Shown: in pieces, positions 58,703-64,000 of the stretch
Position numbering within the stretch: the first letter of the stretch is position 1
Layout: each line of letters begins with the position of its first letter
DNA from: Myxococcota bacterium
GTDB taxonomy: Bacteria > Myxococcota_A > SURF-8
Reading direction: 5' to 3'
DNA: 64,000 nt
Assembly (NCBI GenBank): GCA_965140415.1
Contig: OZ223209.1
Coordinates: 2,799,380 to 2,863,379, forward strand
Made by a program: the position numbers and the translations under genes
The notes under the pieces: generated by a model
What the model was told of the DNA's origin: nothing
The model's input: the letters and a program-made list of their open reading frames with translations, nothing else
Databases searched by the model: none

Positions 58703-60055
58703 TTAAAGGAGACCGAAACGTTTCATCTTGCGCCACAACGTGTTTCTGGAAATACCCAGTTCCTTTGCTGCTTGACCACGATTGCCATGGCAACGATCCA
58801 GAACGGTTTGGATCGTCTGGGCTTCTGCAGCCTGTAGTGGCGAGTTGCTACTGTTTTCATGATCGAGTGGCGATGATTCAGGCTGAGCCGTGCGCACATG
58901 GGTTTCAAAAGAGGATGGAAGGTGCATTAAACGCAAGGTGTCGCCCTGACAAAGCACGGATGCGTGTTCCACTGCGTTTTCTAACTCTCTGATATTACCT
59001 GGATATGGAGCTGCCATCAGCGCCTGCATGGCTCTTGAAGACACCTGCTTGATGCGGCTGCCTTGTATGGCGTTGAAGCGGCGAATAAAGTGATCCAGAA
59101 GCAACGGGATGTCTTCTCGACGCTGAGACAACGGTGGAAGTTCCACTCGAATTACGTTAAGCCGAAAGTAGAGATCCTCCCGAAAGCGCTTCTCTTTCAT
59201 TTCCGTTTCGAGGTTTTTGTTGGTCGCTACGATGACGCGCACATCGACTTTCTGTGTATGTGTCGCACCCAGAGGCTCGAATTCCCGTTGTTGTAAAACA
59301 CGTAATAATTTCACCTGCATTGCTGGTGAGATGTCCCCGATTTCATCCAGAAAAAGAGTGCCGCCATTGGCCAGCATAAAGCGGCCAGGCTTGTCTTGTT
59401 TCGCTTCGCTGAACGCTCCGCGAACATAGCCGAACAGTTCTGATTCCAATAGACTGTCTGGCAGTGCCGCGCAATTCACGGCGATAAACGAATTTTTCCT
59501 TCTTGGGCTTAAATTGTGGATGGCTTGTGCAACCAGTTCCTTCCCTGTACCGCTCGCTCCTTCGATCAGGATGGTACTGGGGCTGGCGGCTAGTAATGGC
59601 AAACGTTCCAGGATACGCTGCATCTGCTCGTTTTTACTAATGATATCTTCAAATTCGTAGCTTTTATGAAGGCGTTTGCGAAGTTCGGCAAGTTGTGAAA
59701 GATCACGAAACATTTCCACACCACCGAGCACCTGACCTTGGGAATCGAGCAGGGCGGCAGTGGAGACGGCAATCGGTATTTCGTCGCCGGCTTTGTTTAA
59801 AATGCTGATTTCGCGTTCTCCGATTTTCTTCCGGGTTCGAACGCTGCGTTTTAGTGGGCAATCCTGCTGGCAGATATTGGCATGGAAAATATCGTAACAG
59901 CGTTGGCCAATCGCTTCTTCGGAGGTGTAGTGCGTAATTTCCTCGGCGGCACGATTGAACGACGTGATCCGGTTTTCCGAATCTACTGTGAAAATGCCCA
60001 GGGGTGAAGAATCGAACAATATGGGCAAATAGCGTTGGTCTAATGCACCAGTCAT
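58703..60055 (-). CDS. PAS-AAA+-Fis sigma54 activator (second OrpR-like paralog)
   Basis: PAS with CYDIFHANICQQDCP, GASGTGKE, GAFSEA, FLDEIGD, FREDLYFRL, HTH; ATG 60055 aligns with the paralog start. Confidence 0.92.
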   Translation of the reverse strand: MTGALDQRYLPILFDSSPLGIFTVDSENRITSFNRAAEEITHYTSEEAIGQRCYDIFHANICQQDCPLKRSVRTRKKIGEREISILNKAGDEIPIAVSTAALLDSQGQVLGGVEMFRDLSQLAELRKRLHKSYEFEDIISKNEQMQRILERLPLLAASPSTILIEGASGTGKELVAQAIHNLSPRRKNSFIAVNCAALPDSLLESELFGYVRGAFSEAKQDKPGRFMLANGGTLFLDEIGDISPAMQVKLLRVLQQREFEPLGATHTQKVDVRVIVATNKNLETEMKEKRFREDLYFRLNVIRVELPPLSQRREDIPLLLDHFIRRFNAIQGSRIKQVSSRAMQALMAAPYPGNIRELENAVEHASVLCQGDTLRLMHLPSSFETHVRTAQPESSPLDHENSSNSPLQAAEAQTIQTVLDRCHGNRGQAAKELGISRNTLWRKMKRFGLL

Positions 60056-60264
60056 GTGACAGAGACTATCATTGATGTCTCGAAAATGCAATATGAATAA
60101 TCACTGTTTTGAAAATGGTGCAAAATTAAAAGAAATCGGATTCTAGAATGATATTTACCTTGAATCTAAGCGACCAGTCAGTCCTTAAATAACAATCATT
60201 TTAAATAATATCATGGAAGAAATTCAATTTAATATGAATCTCCTCTATGAAAGGTAGGAACACG

Positions 60265-60948
60265 ATGAAGCAGCAATTACAAAAAGTGCGATTATTAAGC
60301 GACATACACCCTCACGATTTCAATGCGCTGGCACGTGTAACCATTGGAAAGAACTATGACAAAGGCGATTATATTTGCCATGAAGGTGAACGTGCGGTCA
60401 ATTTTTACTGGGTAACTTCCGGTAAGGTGAAATTGGTGAAGCACACCACCTTTGGAAAAGATGTCATTCTGGAAATTTGTACAGCGGGTGAAACCTTTTT
60501 GTTGGAATCGCTTATGGATGGCAGTGAGCATCCTGTTTCTGCGATAGCCGCAGAGCCGACTTCGATTCTGCAACTGGAGCGGATCACCTTACTGCGGATC
60601 ATGGACCAGAATCCCAAAATGGCACGAGCATTTTTGCGGGAAATGTCTTCGCGCAACCGGGTGCTAATCGATCAGATTCAGGAACTTTCCGTTGGTAAGG
60701 TGGATTATCGGATTGCCAACATGGTTCTGAAACTCGGCCAGAAAATCGGAGAAGAAGATGCCAGTGGGCAGGTCAAGATGGACATTTCGCTGTCGAGACA
60801 GGATATTGCCGATCTGACGGGTACGACCATCGAGACGGCGATTCGTACCATGAGTCGACTGGCAAAGCAGGAAGTGCTGCGCACGACACGTGATTCCATT
60901 CTGATCTTGGATCGGGACAAGCTTGAAGATATCGCCGCTGGATTTTAG
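60265..60948 (+). CDS. Crp/Fnr family transcriptional regulator
   Basis: cNMP-binding fold (SGKVKL..GKDVIL), SRQDIADLTGTTIETAIR HTH; no Fnr Cys cluster; alternative start 60247. Confidence 0.92.
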   Translation: MKQQLQKVRLLSDIHPHDFNALARVTIGKNYDKGDYICHEGERAVNFYWVTSGKVKLVKHTTFGKDVILEICTAGETFLLESLMDGSEHPVSAIAAEPTSILQLERITLLRIMDQNPKMARAFLREMSSRNRVLIDQIQELSVGKVDYRIANMVLKLGQKIGEEDASGQVKMDISLSRQDIADLTGTTIETAIRTMSRLAKQEVLRTTRDSILILDRDKLEDIAAGF

Positions 60949-60990
60949 TAGAGTGGTTTAAGTATTAAGAGCAAATTGCTGAAAATGCAC

Positions 60991-61031
60991 AAAAAAACGC
61001 CGGAAGGGTATGGGCCCTGTCCGGCGTTTTT
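60991..61031. terminator. bidirectional intrinsic terminator
   Basis: AAAAAAACGCCGGA...TCCGGCGTTTTT between convergent genes. Confidence 0.85.
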
Positions 61032-61048
61032 GGTCTGGTTGTAAAGCA

Positions 61049-63316
61049 CTAGTATTCCAAGCATCCACCATCTACGACATTGCCACTTTGATCCGTTACC
61101 GGAATGCAGACTTCGCCCACTTCACAACTGTTTGGTGTGGCATCACAGGTGCTCCAGCAAAGGTTATCTACACCTGGAGGCAGAATCGGCAAGCCCGCTA
61201 CCGGTACGCATACTTTAAAGGGAATGTAACTGCAAACTCCACCAGGATTGTCACAAGGTTCTGCATTCAAGTCTGCGCATAGATCGAAGGGAGAGTCGAA
61301 GTCAGAGGCATCGATGCATGCGACATCCGAATCGCAAGTCGAGATATCGCAACGATTCAAGCAAAGCGAACCCAGTCCTTGCTGGGAAACGCAATAATCC
61401 CGACCAGCCGCTTCGCATTCGGAGTCTGAAGAGCAGGCTGTACATTCGCATGAATCATCATCGCTTGATTGCGGAATGCATTCGCCATCGACATATCCTT
61501 TGCCATGACAATAGGTATCGCAGGTGCGGGTATACCAGTGGTCGTTTACGGTACTACAGCGACAGAGCTGCTCATCGTTTTCGCACCAGTTCCATACATC
61601 CTCTGCTAAACAATCTCCGCTGCAAACCAGAGGCTCATCACCATCGACTATATCGCCGTCGGTAAGATCTCCATCCGGAACGATGTCACCGTCTGTGATG
61701 TCTCCATCGGTTAGATCTCCGTCGATCATATCGCCATCCACAAGATCTCCATCAAACAGGTCGATGTCCAGTTCCTCGTCGCCATCAACCGGGGGATCCG
61801 TACAGAAACAAGTGGCAATATCTCCCATGATTCCACAACCATTGGAGATCATCTCGTTTGCAGCACAGAGTTCGGAACATGGATATTGCGTCCAAAAGCC
61901 ATCTTCGCAAATACAGATGTCTTCGCTGTCTTCCACGCAGAACGTTTCATCAAGAAATACACAACCACCCTCGCAGTCAAGAGGATGCTCCAAGTCTCCA
62001 TCGGGAATGAAGTCGCCGTCGATTAGGTCGCCATCAATCAGATCGCCGTCAACATCACCATCGGAGGAGGCGAGCAGGGCGTCTATCAACGAATTGGATA
62101 AGCAACCGGATTGGTCGCCGTAGTTATCATCCGCAGTTTGCTGGTCGATAATGCCGGCTTCTACCAATTCTTGAGGGGAGAAGCAACGATAGTCGTCTTC
62201 CATGCGACATTGCTCGTCCATGTCGCATTCAGCCAGACAGATTCCATAGCCTTCATACATCGGACCGAAAATCGGGGCGAGACTGAAGCAAAGACCGCCA
62301 AGGGCAGATGGACAACTGCTTTCCGGATCGGCAAGAGAACAGATGTTGGAGCAATAGCCTCCTGGCATCTCCGTTCCCGGAATAATCGCATCGATGTATT
62401 CCGTAGTCATGCAGGTGTCGGTCATGCATTCGTCGGCTGTTTCGCAAGGATCGCCAATCAGGCCAGTAATAATTTCCAGTTCCTCTTCCATATCCCCATC
62501 CGGTTGGACATCACCATCCGGTTGCACGTCGCCATCGGGCTGGAGGTCGCCATCCGGTTGGACATCACCATCCGGTTGCACGTCGCCATCGGGCTGGAGG
62601 TCGCCATCCGGTTGAATATCGCCATCCGGTTGAATATCACCATCGGGTTGGATATCCCCATCCGGTTGGACATCTCCATCGGGTTGGATATCGCCATCCG
62701 GCTGAATATCCCCATCCGGTTGGACATCTCCATCGGGTTGGACATCTCCATCGGGTTGGACGTCGCCATCCGGTTGGACGTCCCCATCGGGTTGGACGTC
62801 ACCATCGGGCTGGATATCACCATCCGGTTGAATATCACCATCGGGTTGGATATCACCATCGGGCTGGACATCACCATCGGGAGTATCGCCGTCAGGAGTG
62901 TCACCGTCAGGAGTGTCACCATCAGGAGTGTCACCATCAGGAGTATCGCCGTCAGGAGTGTCACCGTCAGGAGTGTCACCATCAGGAGTGTCACCATCAG
63001 GAGTATCGCCGTCAGGAGTGTCACCGTCAGGAGTGTCACCATCAGGAGTGTCACCATCAGGAGTGTCACCATCGGGAGTATCGCCATCTGGAGTATCGCC
63101 ATCTGGTTTAACATCTCCATCTGGGAGAGGATTTTCATCCTCATCACCATCGGCTTGATTGTCACCGTCCTGATTCTCTGTGTCAGTGATTTCAGAATCC
63201 ATTTCCTGTTCGGAATCATCTCCATCGGGCAACGTCGGATCGTCGCTGGAAGAACATCCAGAAGTCAGCAAAAGAAAAAGGCTTAAGATGAACAGAGTCG
63301 CTGTCCATTTTTTCAT
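61049..63316 (-). CDS. large Cys-rich lipoprotein with long DGD tandem-repeat stalk
   Basis: AAGGAG RBS; signal plus LTSGC-SSSDD lipobox; (DGDTP)15 and (DGD[VIL]QP)21; several Cys-rich modules separated by DGD linkers. Confidence 0.85.
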   Translation of the reverse strand: MKKWTATLFILSLFLLLTSGCSSSDDPTLPDGDDSEQEMDSEITDTENQDGDNQADGDEDENPLPDGDVKPDGDTPDGDTPDGDTPDGDTPDGDTPDGDTPDGDTPDGDTPDGDTPDGDTPDGDTPDGDTPDGDTPDGDTPDGDTPDGDVQPDGDIQPDGDIQPDGDIQPDGDVQPDGDVQPDGDVQPDGDVQPDGDVQPDGDIQPDGDIQPDGDVQPDGDIQPDGDIQPDGDIQPDGDLQPDGDVQPDGDVQPDGDLQPDGDVQPDGDVQPDGDMEEELEIITGLIGDPCETADECMTDTCMTTEYIDAIIPGTEMPGGYCSNICSLADPESSCPSALGGLCFSLAPIFGPMYEGYGICLAECDMDEQCRMEDDYRCFSPQELVEAGIIDQQTADDNYGDQSGCLSNSLIDALLASSDGDVDGDLIDGDLIDGDFIPDGDLEHPLDCEGGCVFLDETFCVEDSEDICICEDGFWTQYPCSELCAANEMISNGCGIMGDIATCFCTDPPVDGDEELDIDLFDGDLVDGDMIDGDLTDGDITDGDIVPDGDLTDGDIVDGDEPLVCSGDCLAEDVWNWCENDEQLCRCSTVNDHWYTRTCDTYCHGKGYVDGECIPQSSDDDSCECTACSSDSECEAAGRDYCVSQQGLGSLCLNRCDISTCDSDVACIDASDFDSPFDLCADLNAEPCDNPGGVCSYIPFKVCVPVAGLPILPPGVDNLCWSTCDATPNSCEVGEVCIPVTDQSGNVVDGGCLEY
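62501..62878 (-). repeat. coding 18-bp tandem array, 21 x DGD[VIL]QP
   Basis: Read directly; contains an exact 54-bp duplication (62501-62554 = 62555-62608). Confidence 0.95.
62879..63103 (-). repeat. coding 15-bp tandem array, 15 x DGDTP
   Basis: Read directly; a 60-bp four-unit block is present in three identical copies (62881-63060). Confidence 0.95.
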
Positions 63317-63596
63317 AGTTTTCTCCTTCCACAAAACGGCCTGCATCCTGGCAAACCAGAGGGGATGCTTGATATTTCGGCAAATATTCGCCGTTCAATT
63401 AACTGTTTTTAACGTTATCCCGAATTTTCCATTAAAAAACGAATGCCATGAGACAAATCCCATTGCAAGTCTTTTTAGTGGCCGCTAATACTTAATTGAT
63501 AATGCGTTTTGGGCCTGATTTCAACCAAATTCTTAGCTGGCCGTCATCGCAGCACTCAAAACGCCGAAGATTCCCGTAAATTTCCTTGGAGTAGGT

Positions 63597-64000
63597 ATGC
63601 AAACGCAGGGTTGGCGCATGTGGTCGCCGCGATATTTAAAAACGATCGTTGATGCGACCCGGCAGGATCGTCTGGTTGTTAGCGGCGCGTCGATTGCTAC
63701 AGCTCAGGCAAGGGAATTGTTAAAGGCTCATGCAATCCATGGGATGCATATTGAATTCGGTAACGTGATCGCGCATTGCAGTATTGAAGATTTGCTCCTT
63801 CATAAGTCGATCCAGGAGATCAGAAACTGGGTTTTGCTACAGCGTCGAAGGTCTGGGGCATCCAATTTGTTGCTACAGGCTATGGAGAAGCTGTTTTTAC
63901 AGCGTAAGCCAGATGCTGCCTACAGACTTCTGGATTCATGCGTCCAGACGAACCGATTCGGAACCATTCCTGTCCTACTTTGGATGCTCTATTTTCACGA
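63597..64000 (+). CDS. hypothetical protein, 3' end beyond the window edge
   Basis: GGAG RBS, ATG 63597; manual translation MQTQGWRMWSPRYLKTIV... is open for 134 codons to the edge. Confidence 0.55.
   Translation, partial: MQTQGWRMWSPRYLKTIVDATRQDRLVVSGASIATAQARELLKAHAIHGMHIEFGNVIAHCSIEDLLLHKSIQEIRNWVLLQRRRSGASNLLLQAMEKLFLQRKPDAAYRLLDSCVQTNRFGTIPVLLWMLYFH

Noticed and set aside
62501-63103. CRISPR array (also considered for 42051-42356)
   Set aside because: Units are 15 or 18 bp, head-to-tail without unique spacers, vary at third codon positions inside ORFs, and no cas genes are present
62111-63286. 391-aa plus-strand ORF and other alternative-frame ORFs over the DGD arrays (62458-63225, 62898-63158, 41967-42428, 42032-42418)
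   Set aside because: Stop-free shadows of the tandem repeats; the frame with RBS, signal peptide and lipobox is the real gene

Overview
Chromosomal window of about 50% GC, probably from an anaerobic or facultative deltaproteobacterium (Myxococcota/Desulfobacterota-like; inferred from gene content). No rRNA, tRNA, CRISPR array, IS or prophage is visible. Left to right: S9 peptidase, CAP-domain and DUF2804-like genes; an AlaA-like aminotransferase; rpsB-tsf-pyrH with a t44-type leader and no frr; a ThDP enzyme plus succinate-semialdehyde dehydrogenase resembling the cyanobacterial OgdA/SsaD TCA bypass; a tightly coupled arginine operon (X-argC-argD-argB-argE-argR-argG-argH) behind two ARG boxes; transporters; queF; thrS; an NTT-HEAT transporter; rph-rdgB; and a 16-kb sigma54-controlled Fe-S/redox island (kinase, receiver, QmoA/QmoB-like, HdrD-like, PocR, an Orange-protein cluster, two paralogous PAS activators, Crp/Fnr). 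The strongest candidate for an undescribed system is gene X: a DUF1611/DgcN-like P-loop protein that leads an arg operon lacking argA and argJ, suggesting a non-GNAT N-acetylglutamate synthase. Other highlights are five unrelated lipoproteins sharing Asp-Gly-Asp (DGD) linkers, two with large tandem arrays; an unassigned structured RNA candidate at about 39.57-39.80 kb; and an 11-bp-periodic intergenic array after argH. All family assignments come from motif recognition by eye; no searches were run.
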